DNA from: Oligoflexus sp.
Lineage (GTDB): Bacteria > Bdellovibrionota_B > Oligoflexia > Oligoflexales > Oligoflexaceae
Direction: 5' to 3'
Length of the DNA: 17,188 nucleotides
NCBI GenBank assembly: GCA_041736305.1
Contig: JBGSTX010000063.1
Span: forward strand, 1 to 17,188
In this document: piece by piece, positions 7,025 through 16,100 of the stretch
How positions within the stretch are numbered: the stretch's first letter is position 1
How the letters are laid out: every line of letters begins with the position of its first letter
Made by a program: the position numbers and the translations under genes
Notes under the pieces: generated by a model
Told to the model about the DNA's origin: nothing
Database searches by the model: none
What the model saw: the letters and a program-made list of their open reading frames with translations, nothing else

Positions 7025-10000
7025 GTGAAGAGAGACTTCCTCATATCTATCATCAAACATTTCCTAGCCGTCTTCCTCGGCTCGGGGCTCCTCTCTGCCT
7101 GCGCCGATGACGTTCGCATCAAGACTTACGGCGGTCAGAAGACTACTTGTAGTCAGGAAGCGAGCAACTGCCCGTCGATCACAGCGATCTCGCCGATTGT
7201 GGCCAAGCCTGGGGCCAAGGTTACGGTTTTTGGCAAGAACCTTCAGTCGAAGGGTACATTCTTTCTCGAAGACAAAGAGATCAGTGTCACTACCGTCGAC
7301 GATGGTACCGTCTTCTTTCTCATGCCTGAGGGCAAACCTGGACTTGCTGACCTTGAGGTAAGAAGCGGTAAAAAGTCCCTCCAAATTAATTCCAGCAGCC
7401 GAAAAATATTCCGGCGTCTGGAAGCTGCCTTTCCTGTAATGACTGCTGATCCCTCACTCGTCTGCAGCAATATTCCCTTCGTTGATGGAACAGGTGAGTT
7501 GCAGACAGGGACCAAAGACTGCTCGGGAAATTATATTGCTTGCCAGGAAGAAGGACAGACCGGATGCGTGCCGGCCACGAAGTTCCAAGCAATCCTGGCA
7601 AACGGACTGGCGCCGAAAATTGTTAGAGGACAGAAAGTGGCTGGCGTCGTCGGCGTGGGTGATGCTTATAGCCCCTGCAATGGCCCTCAGCAGGTAGGCT
7701 GCGTGACCAGCGAAAGCTATAAGTCTATGGATCTATCTGGTGCCTCAAATCTGAGTACAGATCTTACTAGCACTGGTTTTAATGGGGCACTCAAGTCGAA
7801 TGCTAGCTTTGAATTCTGGGATTCTGCGGGTCGCCGTCATCAACTCACAGGTCATATTGAGCTCAAGCCTGAGAACATCCTAAATGGCAAAACCTTGCTA
7901 GGAGTCGCGGGTACCGCGCTCCCTGCACCCCCGAGCTGCTCGAGCGATGGTGAGACGGGCTGCGTTGCGCAGAGTCCTAGCTATGCCGCAGCGGTGAAAG
8001 CTGGAGCTGAATTAAAGATTATAGCGGGACAGACTCTTGCTGGTGTGACAGGAACCGTAAGTTTGCCAGCGGCGAGCAAGGTCCTTAGCGGAACATCTTA
8101 CGGCGGAGGAGGTACAGCCTTAAGTGGAACTCTTTCCTTGCCTTTGGCCTCTAACGTGCGGACGGGTTCTTCGGCCTATGGCGAACCAGGTGCCCTTCTT
8201 ACTCCCTCTTATAGCCCTGATTTCCCCGCTCTTGCCAACGTGCGTGCCAGCGATACGGTCAATGGTGTTGCGGGCAGTCTCGGTGATTGCACAGCCGGCA
8301 ATCAGTCGGGTTGCGTTAGCACGGCTATCTATAAGTCAATGGATCTCAGCGCTGCGGGCACCTCTACCGGCCTTATAGCTGCAAATTTTAATGCCAGTAT
8401 CAATTCTGCCTCTACATTCGAATTTTGGGACGCGAGCGGCACCCGGCATAGTCAAGCGGGTGATGTGGATCTGACAGCAGCCAATATCAAAGATACGATC
8501 GATATTTTCGGAGTGACCGGTACGCTGTTAGGTGCACCCGCCAACTGCTCGAGTGATGGTCAAGGCAACTGTCTGGTAGATGGTGGTAGTTATGCGGCAG
8601 CGGATCTCTCAGGAGCTGCGAGCAAAATCCTCTCGGGGCAAACCCTCGCCGGAGTCGCCGGTAACATCACATTACCAGCGAATGCCAAGGTTCTTTCGGG
8701 AACAAGTTTTGGCGTGGGCGGTACGGGTTCATCGGGAAGTTTGACTTTGCCTCTGGCCTCCAGTGTTCTCTTAGGATCAGGTGCCTATGGTGATTCTGCT
8801 GCGCAGCTAACACCAAGCTATAGTCCCGACTACCCTACTGCCTCGAACGTTTTATCGAGCGATACGGTGAACAGCGTCGGTGGTACCTTGACTCTTCCCG
8901 CTGTCGGTAAAGTTCTTTTGAGCACAAGCTATGGCGTAGGCGGCAACGGTTCAACGGGAACATTAACGCTGCCTACTGCTTCTAACGTCCTCACGGGCTC
9001 AGGCGCTTATGGCGAACCTGGCTCCCAGCTGACCCCGAGCTATAGCCCTGATTTTCCGGCTCTCGCCAACGTGAGGAGCGGTGATACGGTGAACGGCGCC
9101 AACGGAACTTTAGCTGACTGCTCGAGCGATGGAGCTATCGGCTGCGTGGTCGTGGGTCCTACTTATGCAGCGCTTTTGAAGACCGGAGCTGAGGATAAAA
9201 TCATATCGGGGCAGACGATAGGATCGGTGAGTGGTAACGTCACCCTGCCCGCTGTAGGCAAGGTGCTTTTGGCTACAAGCTACGGCGAGAGTGGCACAAG
9301 TTTAACTGGTACGCTCACTCTGCCTGCGGCAGCGAATGTTCTGACGGGATCAGCTGCTTATGGCGATCCAGGTGCTCAGCTGACACCAGCCTATAGCCCA
9401 GACTATCCTACAATCTCAAACGTCCTCTCAAGCGATACCGTGAACGGTGCCGCCGGAACTTTAACTCTGCCCTTGGCCGCTAAAGTCCTCACGGGAACTA
9501 CTTATGGAGTGGCTGGCAACGACTCAACCGGAACCCTGACTTTGCCTGCAGCCTCGAACGTTCTCACGGGCTCTGGCACCTACGGGGAAACAGGCTCACT
9601 CTTGACGCCTAGCTACAGCCCTGACTTTCCCGCAGTCTCAAATGTTTTATCGACAGACACAGTAGATAGCGTCAGCGGAACCTTAACTCTACCTCTCGCT
9701 GCAAAAGTCTTGACGGGGACTAGCTATGGTACAGCTGGCAATGGCTCGACGGGAACTCTAACTCTGCCTGCAGCCTCGAACGTTCTTACGGGCTCGGGTA
9801 CTTACGGGGAAACAGGCTCTCTTCTAACGCCAAGCTACAGTCCTGACTTCCCAGCCGTGGACAACGTTCTTTCGAGCGATACGGTCAATGGCGCCGCTGG
9901 GACTCTTACGCTGCCTCTAGTTTCCAAAGTCCTGACGGGAACCAGCTATGGGGCCTCGGGCAACGGCTCAACCGGAACCTTAACGCTGCCTGCTGCTTCC

Positions 10001-11377
10001 AATGTCCTCACAGGCTCCGGTGCTTATGGAGAGCCTGGCTCGCAGCTAACCCCAAGCTACAGTCCCGACTTCCCGGCTCTCGCTAATGTAAGGACCATTG
10101 ATACAGTCAATGCCGCGGCCGGAACTCTAGCCGACTGCAATGCAGGTAACCTGGCAGACTGCGTCGCGACCTCGACCTACAAGACCATGGACCTCAGCGC
10201 CATGGGTACCGCAACCGGGCTCACCGCAGCTAACTTTGAAACACGCATCGCCACCGCCGCCAACTCGGAATTTTGGGATGCAGCGGGCGCCCGGCACTCG
10301 ATCACAGGCGACGCGGACCTCAGCGTGGACAAAGTCAAAGCTGGTGTTGTGATCCATGGCGTGACGGGCCAATACCCCTCAGCCAGCTATCCTTTAGCCA
10401 GTGATACTGCGGCCACCGATCTCACCAACTTCACCACCCAGCTCACCACCGATGGGAGCTTTGAATTCTTCGACAGCGCCGGCGCAAAATTCACCGGCAG
10501 CGGCGACAGTGAGCTCGTAAACAGTAATATTAAAAATGCCGTTGCGATCGAGAGCCTCAGCCTGACCGGCAACTATGTCGCAACTCTGACCTGCCCAACG
10601 GGCTGGATCAAAGTTCCCGGCGATAGCGCCTATGGAACAGGCGATTTCTGCGTGATGAAGTATGAAGCCAAGGATGTCTCGACTGTAGCAACTTCGCAGG
10701 CGGCCTCGACGCCTTGGGTCTCCATTACGCAGACCGCTTCGATTACGGCCTGCCGGGCCCTTGGCACAGGCCACGATATTATCTCCAATGCCCAGTGGAT
10801 GACCATCGGCGCTAACGTAGCCGGCATCAATGGCAACTGGACAGGTGGTACGGTTGGAAGTGGTTATCTCTTCGCCGGACATTCCGACGGTAGCCCCAAC
10901 TCAGCTTGCGCAGCTTCCAGCAATGACACTGACTTTTATGTTGAGACCAACTGCACGGCAGTCAGCTCGGGAGATGCGACTGAGCAAAGGCGAACCCTTA
11001 CTCTATCAAACAGCGCTGTGATCTGGGATCTCCCGGGCAATGTCTCGGAATGGGTCTATTACGTGAATGTTGGAGATAAACCCGGTGCGACTTATGCTTG
11101 GTATGAGTACACGGCCGTTACTGGAACCACGACAACTCCGCTCAAGGATCTGGTCCCCACAAACGCTGTCAAAACGTTTTGGATAAACACGTGGAACTCT
11201 GGAAACTTGATTGGCCAGTTTTACCCCGGGCCCAACGGTACTGGAGGCGTCCTCCACCGCGGCAGTGATTGGGGCGGTGGCTCGACAGCCGGGGTGTTCT
11301 CTGCGAATATGGTCGAAATCCCTTCGTTTTCGAACACGAACCTTGGCACCCGCTGTTCTAGGACAGCCTGGCCTTGA
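7025..11377 (+). CDS. Large repeat-rich lipoprotein adhesin candidate: IPT/TIG, fibre-like repeats, C-terminal FGE-sulfatase/C-type lectin domain
   Basis: GGGAG RBS and GTG 7025 (track start 7001), lipobox LSA-C. IPT/TIG: PSITAISP..PGAKVTVFGKNL. CxxDGxxxC and FEFWDxxG modules. From 10592: CPTGWIKVPG, FCVMKYEAK, PWVSITQ, IWDLPGNVSEW, RGSDW, GTRC. Confidence 0.85.
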   Translation: MKRDFLISIIKHFLAVFLGSGLLSACADDVRIKTYGGQKTTCSQEASNCPSITAISPIVAKPGAKVTVFGKNLQSKGTFFLEDKEISVTTVDDGTVFFLMPEGKPGLADLEVRSGKKSLQINSSSRKIFRRLEAAFPVMTADPSLVCSNIPFVDGTGELQTGTKDCSGNYIACQEEGQTGCVPATKFQAILANGLAPKIVRGQKVAGVVGVGDAYSPCNGPQQVGCVTSESYKSMDLSGASNLSTDLTSTGFNGALKSNASFEFWDSAGRRHQLTGHIELKPENILNGKTLLGVAGTALPAPPSCSSDGETGCVAQSPSYAAAVKAGAELKIIAGQTLAGVTGTVSLPAASKVLSGTSYGGGGTALSGTLSLPLASNVRTGSSAYGEPGALLTPSYSPDFPALANVRASDTVNGVAGSLGDCTAGNQSGCVSTAIYKSMDLSAAGTSTGLIAANFNASINSASTFEFWDASGTRHSQAGDVDLTAANIKDTIDIFGVTGTLLGAPANCSSDGQGNCLVDGGSYAAADLSGAASKILSGQTLAGVAGNITLPANAKVLSGTSFGVGGTGSSGSLTLPLASSVLLGSGAYGDSAAQLTPSYSPDYPTASNVLSSDTVNSVGGTLTLPAVGKVLLSTSYGVGGNGSTGTLTLPTASNVLTGSGAYGEPGSQLTPSYSPDFPALANVRSGDTVNGANGTLADCSSDGAIGCVVVGPTYAALLKTGAEDKIISGQTIGSVSGNVTLPAVGKVLLATSYGESGTSLTGTLTLPAAANVLTGSAAYGDPGAQLTPAYSPDYPTISNVLSSDTVNGAAGTLTLPLAAKVLTGTTYGVAGNDSTGTLTLPAASNVLTGSGTYGETGSLLTPSYSPDFPAVSNVLSTDTVDSVSGTLTLPLAAKVLTGTSYGTAGNGSTGTLTLPAASNVLTGSGTYGETGSLLTPSYSPDFPAVDNVLSSDTVNGAAGTLTLPLVSKVLTGTSYGASGNGSTGTLTLPAASNVLTGSGAYGEPGSQLTPSYSPDFPALANVRTIDTVNAAAGTLADCNAGNLADCVATSTYKTMDLSAMGTATGLTAANFETRIATAANSEFWDAAGARHSITGDADLSVDKVKAGVVIHGVTGQYPSASYPLASDTAATDLTNFTTQLTTDGSFEFFDSAGAKFTGSGDSELVNSNIKNAVAIESLSLTGNYVATLTCPTGWIKVPGDSAYGTGDFCVMKYEAKDVSTVATSQAASTPWVSITQTASITACRALGTGHDIISNAQWMTIGANVAGINGNWTGGTVGSGYLFAGHSDGSPNSACAASSNDTDFYVETNCTAVSSGDATEQRRTLTLSNSAVIWDLPGNVSEWVYYVNVGDKPGATYAWYEYTAVTGTTTTPLKDLVPTNAVKTFWINTWNSGNLIGQFYPGPNGTGGVLHRGSDWGGGSTAGVFSANMVEIPSFSNTNLGTRCSRTAWP
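8057..10126 (+). repeat. Seven 222-bp (74-aa) intragenic repeats in blocks of 1, 2 and 4
   Basis: Unit LTLPxxxKVLxGTSYG...TGTLTLPxASNVLTGSGxYG...LTPSYSPD(F/Y)PxxxNVxSxDTVNxxxGT at 8057-8278, 8666-9109 (x2) and 9239-10126 (x4). Confidence 0.92.
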
Positions 11378-11463
11378 GTGCGCACCTCTCTCGCTATTCA
11401 CAGTTTTAATTTTAGCCACTTAGCAAGTATTATGCAATTTGCTATATCGACAATACAAATTGC

Positions 11464-11481
11464 CTGTAGGAAATCCAAAGC
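11464..11481 (-). mobile_element. ISCR/IS91 oriIS-like terminus
   Basis: Minus-strand GCTTTGGATTTCCTACAG resembles the ISCR oriIS end (GCGTTTGAAxTTCCTAT). It lies about 200 nt downstream of the transposase stop. Confidence 0.6.
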
Positions 11482-11679
11482 ACACTACCGCTTTCGGCTA
11501 TTAATGGGAATTCCAGTTAAATTGCCGCAATCTTCCCCATTCTTCCGCGCAGAATCCTTCTTCTACGAAGTCAGAACATTGTGGTTATAGCTTTTGAAGA
11601 TTGATATTTCGTTGTATTTTCATGGCTTTAGATGGTTAGACAAAATTATTCAATCCAAGCAAGGCCCTTTTCGGCCCCC

Positions 11680-12448
11680 TCAGCACCACTCTTCATTCGC
11701 GACGCTCATTTTGACTCCAGCCCGCGAAGGCGGAGCAGCAGGCATGCCTGTATGTTTGAGATAACGTGCGATCTGGATAGGATCAAGGACCGCCGCAATG
11801 ATTTCCAGTTCACTCTTGCAGCGGGGACATCGTGAAACATCGATGGCGAAGACCCGCTTTAAGAGCCGCGCCCAACTGCCAGAGGTGACTTTGTTTTTTG
11901 TGGATTTTTCAGCGCCTTGTGGCCCCAGCGACACCTTGCGTTTACGCCTTCCACGAACCAGGATTATTTCATCACGGCGTTTGAACTTAGGAGCAAACAC
12001 CCCACCGTAGCGTACGAGCGGACTTGAACGGGGAGGTATCAGAGCGATCAGTTTTTCGATTAGCTCTGATGGGCTTAATTGAATGCCAATGGTGCTATCA
12101 TTCCAAGCGTCTTTAAGCTTATAAAGGATATCGCCAGTGGCTGTTCTCTCCAAGCGATCCTCGGCAATAGGAGGGCGGGCCATATAATTGATCAACTGGC
12201 TCAAATTCCGCCTTTCTTCACGGACCACCCCGGCGCGCAGCATGCAGACTAAAACCTGATAGGGCTATGCACTGGGGGCCCTTGAATTCCATGACATCCC
12301 CCTCCCGGCGAAAGCCGACTCGCCTCACCCGCTGGCCACGACGTTCCCCAAAGGCGATCTTTTGCGTTACCGAGGCGCGGCTCGCCGCCTCGACGCTCTG
12401 CAAATCTTCCGGGATGAACAGGGGAAAGTCCTTAGAATCAAATGGCTT
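11680..12448 (-). pseudogene. IS91/ISCR-family rolling-circle transposase, C-terminal fragment with frameshift
   Basis: GFSLHA, frameshift near 12240, then LxxYMARP, ELIEKLIALIPP..LVRYGGVFAP, WARLLKRVFAIDVSRCPRC. N-terminal zinc-binding and HUH parts missing. Confidence 0.9.
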
Positions 12449-12521
12449 TTAAGCTAAGCCTTTTAGCTCCATCTCAGAGGTAGCAACCTCACCTAGGTCT
12501 CCCCCAGTAGAAAATTTAGAC

Positions 12522-12548
12522 TCAAGTAATGACCTCGACTGCCGACAG
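12522..12548 (+). promoter_or_regulatory. Sigma28 (FliA)-like promoter
   Basis: TCAAG-N14-GCCGACAG, about 135 nt upstream of the second lipoprotein start. Confidence 0.5.
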
Positions 12549-12683
12549 GGTAAAACCTGCTCTTGTGCAATTTTAGAGAGCGTCTTCAGGTCCGTTTGAT
12601 ATTTTACAGCTACTTCTCCCAAATGAAGTGCAGTTGACGAACACGGACAATGTTAACGGCATGGATTGTTAAGGAGTTCAAAA

Positions 12684-15600
12684 TTGAACACTCCCAAAAT
12701 GCTACAATTAACTTTGACACTTCTCGTGATCATGCTCATCTCTCAAGCATGCTTCATCGTCAATTCCTCATCGGGTAAGGTCACCTATAGAAGTCCAAAA
12801 GCAAATGTTTTAAGCATTTCATCCACAAAAGATGATGCTTCGAAAGATGTGAGCATTTCTGTGCCCCCGGATTTACTCGAGCTGGCTGGGCAGTTGAATA
12901 TTGAAGAAGGGGCGACAGTCGCCAGCGAATCACTGGCAGCAGCTTTAAATATAGGCGAAGGACTTCAGAGCGCTGGTCCTTCGATCAACGTCTCGGCTCA
13001 ATCCTTCAGTGATGTTTCCCAGATTGGTCGCCTTGAGCTTTCGATTCCCTACACTCAAGTTGCTTCCCTGGCCTTAGCCAGCGGCTTTCTTGCCATCGTC
13101 TACCAGGTCTTAGACCTTGATGGCAAAGTGCTCATCGGCCTTATTCCCTCTTCGAACTTTGCTGTACAAGAAAGCTTCATCAAGTTTAAAATGCTCGGCC
13201 TTGGCAGTTACCAGGTGGTCCGTGTTCCTGTAGAAATCAAAGAAGAGATTAAAGTTAAGACCGAGGAAACTAAGATCCTGACCAAAGTCGAGCAAGAAGT
13301 CCTGCCCGCTCTCAGTCTCGCGAGCATCAACCCCATAATCGCCAGAAAGGGTGAGCCGATCAGCATTAGGGGGCAGAACTTCCGCGCCACAGTGAAACTA
13401 GCCTACCTTGGTCGCCCCTTAACTCAGATTCAGATAAAATCCGATCAGCTACTCACCGCCGTGATCGAGGATGCCCCTCGGCGTGGACAAGCCATGCTTT
13501 ATGCAAGCCAAGATGGGGTGGAGAAGGTGATGTCTCTAGCTTTTGCTGGCGCCGCGGGGGACTTTCCCTTGATCACACTCGCTGCCAATGAGGTCTGCTC
13601 GGGACAAAAGTTTTATAATGCCAATGGAGATCTGCTTGAAGGCAGTAAGAGTTGTGGCTTGGCTACTGCCTGTTCGAGCGATGGCCAAACGAATTGCACG
13701 GCGAGCACCTTGTTTCCGGCAGTACAGTCGAGCTTGGTCAGCAGCAAATGTATGCTTGGTGAATCGCTAGGCGGCTCGACGGGAGGGGTGACTTTGCCCT
13801 TGGTATCCAAGGTTTTAGTGGGCACGAGCTATGGTGTTTCAACTTCAAGTTTGACCGGTACGCTCACGCTGCCTCTAGCGGCAGATGTAAGGGCGACGAG
13901 CGCCGCTTATGGTGATCCCACAGCATTGCAGACACCAAGCTACTCGAGTGGTGGAGCTTCGAATTGCAACATTGATGGCGATGTATCTTGTCTAGTCGAT
14001 GGCACAAATTTTAAAGCAGCCCTGATTGCAGGAGCGGCTGCGAAGATTATTACAGGCCAAACGCTGGCTGGGCAGAACGGTACTGCAGCTGCAGCACCAG
14101 CAAACTGTGGGACGAACGGCGGGCAGTCCTGCGTGGCGACCGGTGCCTACTTTGCTGCTACAAGCTGTTCGGCTAATGGTTCAAATTGCTTTTTGCCGCA
14201 GTTCGTGACTTCGACTCAGCCCTTGAAGGCGATCAGTTATGATGCCATAGACGCGGGTAAAGCTTCAATTCGTAGCTCGCTCACGCTTTCCGGTATCACC
14301 GGGACGCTGGTCAACTGCTCGGCGGGCGGTGAGACCGGATGTGTAACGAACAGCACCTTTAAGTCTATCAACCTCAGTTCTCAGGGGAGCAATAGTTCCT
14401 CGGGCCTTACTGCTGCCAACTTCAATACAAAACTGGCTACGACAGGTAACTTCGAGTTTTGGGATGCGAGTGGAACCCGCCATGAGAAGGCAGGCGACAC
14501 GGACCTTGCAGCGGCGAATATCGCCACTAGCGTTGTGATCCATGGCGTCATCGGATCGGCTGATCTCGAATCGCATAGCGCGTGTGGAGCTGCGAATCAG
14601 ATGGGATGTGTAGCAACCAGTACGTACAAAACGATGGACCTTAGTACTGTGGGGGCCTTCACAGGGCTTACCGGGAGCAACTTTCCAAGTCGCATCACGA
14701 ACGCGGATAGTAGTGAGTTCTGGGACGCGACCGGTAACAAGCACAGCTTCGCTGGTGATCCAAATTTGACTGTTGAAAATATCAAGTCTACTGTAACGAT
14801 TCTCGGCGTGACGGGGCAGTATCCTTCCGCCACCTTTCCTTTGGCTGCCAATACTAGTGCGCCGGATCTGACTTCGCTTGAAACACAGCTCAAGATGGAT
14901 GGACCTTTTGAGTTCTTTGACAAGACGGGTGCTGTCTACAACGGAAGCGGTGATAGTGACCTTCTGGATTCGAACATTAAAAGCTTGGTAGCCATCGAAA
15001 ACCTCTCTTTAACGGGAACTTATGTCGCCACTCTTAGCTGCCCTTCCGGGTATATAAAAGTCCCTGGCGATAGTAACTATGGTACGGGTGATTTTTGCAT
15101 CATGAAGTACGAAGCCAAAGATGTCTCAGGCACGGCCACACCCCAGCCGGCAAGCGCCCCGTGGGTGAATGTGACTCAAGCGAATTCTTTGGCCGCATGT
15201 CGTTCTCTTGGACTGGGATATGATCTCGTCAACAATACTCACTGGATGAGTCTCGGCGTGAATGTCGCGAGTGTCGCTAGCAACTGGGTAGGTGCTAGCG
15301 TAGGGTCTGGTCTACTCATATTAGGTCACTCAGACAACAGTCCCAACTCCGCTTGTGCTGCCTCCAGCAATGACACTGAGTATTTTGTAGAAAGTACCTG
15401 CACTCCTCTTAGTACAGGCGATACCGCGGATCAAAGACGAACCCTTACTCTCACCAATGGCAATGTGATCTGGGATCTCTCGGGCAATGTGGCAGAAAGG
15501 GTCATTTACTTCAATTTGAATGACAAGCCGAGCCCGTTAGAAGGTTTCGTTGAATATACAGCTATCACAGCGACTGATTCGACTCCCCTTACGGACCTGA

Positions 15601-15824
15601 TCCCGGAAATTGCCGTTACTAACACGTGGAATTCTTTGCAGGGGATGGGTCAGTTTTATTCAGGACTTAACGGTACGGGAGGCACTCTCAAACGTGGAGG
15701 GTATTGGCTCGATAATATGGGAGGTTCAGGTATCGCTGGGGTATTTCATGCCTATATGAACGATTACCTAACTGATACCTTAGCTGAAACTGGCTTTCGC
15801 TGCATTGCCCCCCCAAGCCCCTGA
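12684..15824 (+). CDS. Paralogous large lipoprotein adhesin candidate: extra N-domain, IPT/TIG, Cys/fibre modules, FGE-sulfatase/C-type lectin tip
   Basis: AAGGAG RBS and TTG 12684 (track start 12666). Signal peptide ends ISQA-C. IPT/TIG: LASINP..GEPISIRGQNF. Same FEFWDxxG and NIxxxVxIxGVTG modules as the first paralog. From 15039: CPSGYIKVPG, FCIMKYEAK, IWDLSGNVAE, RGGYW, GFRC. Confidence 0.85.
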   Translation: MNTPKMLQLTLTLLVIMLISQACFIVNSSSGKVTYRSPKANVLSISSTKDDASKDVSISVPPDLLELAGQLNIEEGATVASESLAAALNIGEGLQSAGPSINVSAQSFSDVSQIGRLELSIPYTQVASLALASGFLAIVYQVLDLDGKVLIGLIPSSNFAVQESFIKFKMLGLGSYQVVRVPVEIKEEIKVKTEETKILTKVEQEVLPALSLASINPIIARKGEPISIRGQNFRATVKLAYLGRPLTQIQIKSDQLLTAVIEDAPRRGQAMLYASQDGVEKVMSLAFAGAAGDFPLITLAANEVCSGQKFYNANGDLLEGSKSCGLATACSSDGQTNCTASTLFPAVQSSLVSSKCMLGESLGGSTGGVTLPLVSKVLVGTSYGVSTSSLTGTLTLPLAADVRATSAAYGDPTALQTPSYSSGGASNCNIDGDVSCLVDGTNFKAALIAGAAAKIITGQTLAGQNGTAAAAPANCGTNGGQSCVATGAYFAATSCSANGSNCFLPQFVTSTQPLKAISYDAIDAGKASIRSSLTLSGITGTLVNCSAGGETGCVTNSTFKSINLSSQGSNSSSGLTAANFNTKLATTGNFEFWDASGTRHEKAGDTDLAAANIATSVVIHGVIGSADLESHSACGAANQMGCVATSTYKTMDLSTVGAFTGLTGSNFPSRITNADSSEFWDATGNKHSFAGDPNLTVENIKSTVTILGVTGQYPSATFPLAANTSAPDLTSLETQLKMDGPFEFFDKTGAVYNGSGDSDLLDSNIKSLVAIENLSLTGTYVATLSCPSGYIKVPGDSNYGTGDFCIMKYEAKDVSGTATPQPASAPWVNVTQANSLAACRSLGLGYDLVNNTHWMSLGVNVASVASNWVGASVGSGLLILGHSDNSPNSACAASSNDTEYFVESTCTPLSTGDTADQRRTLTLTNGNVIWDLSGNVAERVIYFNLNDKPSPLEGFVEYTAITATDSTPLTDLIPEIAVTNTWNSLQGMGQFYSGLNGTGGTLKRGGYWLDNMGGSGIAGVFHAYMNDYLTDTLAETGFRCIAPPSP

Positions 15825-15949
15825 TTTCTGATCATATTAGACGGGGGATCGTAGTCCAAAACATATTTAGCAAAGCTCATACGTGCCCGCCAGGCTTAAG
15901 GGCAGAATTTAGAATGCTACCGCTTGCCAATAGTCCCTTTTTCATCCAA

Positions 15950-16100
15950 CTGCCGCTCCAAAAAACCTATGCAGACCTAGATCTACATAGTATTTGGTAC
16001 TTCGCTCTCCGTTGATGTCCGTTTCCGGCGTGCAACTGGAGTCCGGGAGGGGCGGTTGCGCTCCAAGGGAGCGCTAACTCCTCCGTTGGCAGTTGATCTA
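15950..16100 (-). ncRNA. Probable TnpB omega RNA overlapping the tnpB 3' end (boundaries approximate)
   Basis: Minus-strand stem-loop CTCC-A-GTTG...CCG-GAAA-CGG...CAAC-GGAG at 16041-16007. This is the known position of TnpB guide scaffolds. Confidence 0.5.

Noticed and set aside
10592-11377. Active formylglycine-generating enzyme
   Set aside because: The catalytic CxxxxCxxYR motif is absent in both paralogs. The domain caps a repeat stalk, which fits a binding role.
11378-11385. GTGCG after the lipoprotein stop as a group II intron 5' end or DGR hairpin
   Set aside because: Only a short palindrome (GTGCGCAC), with no supporting intron structure or stable stem-loop.
11240-15960. Complete DGR (VR/TR pair) within the window
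   Set aside because: The two 3' ends differ at non-adenine positions and by an indel. No TR-like copy in the spacers and no RT or avd gene.
15825-15982. CRISPR array beside the TnpB (Cas12f-like system)
   Set aside because: No repeat-spacer pattern here or elsewhere in the window. The region upstream of tnpB is not visible.
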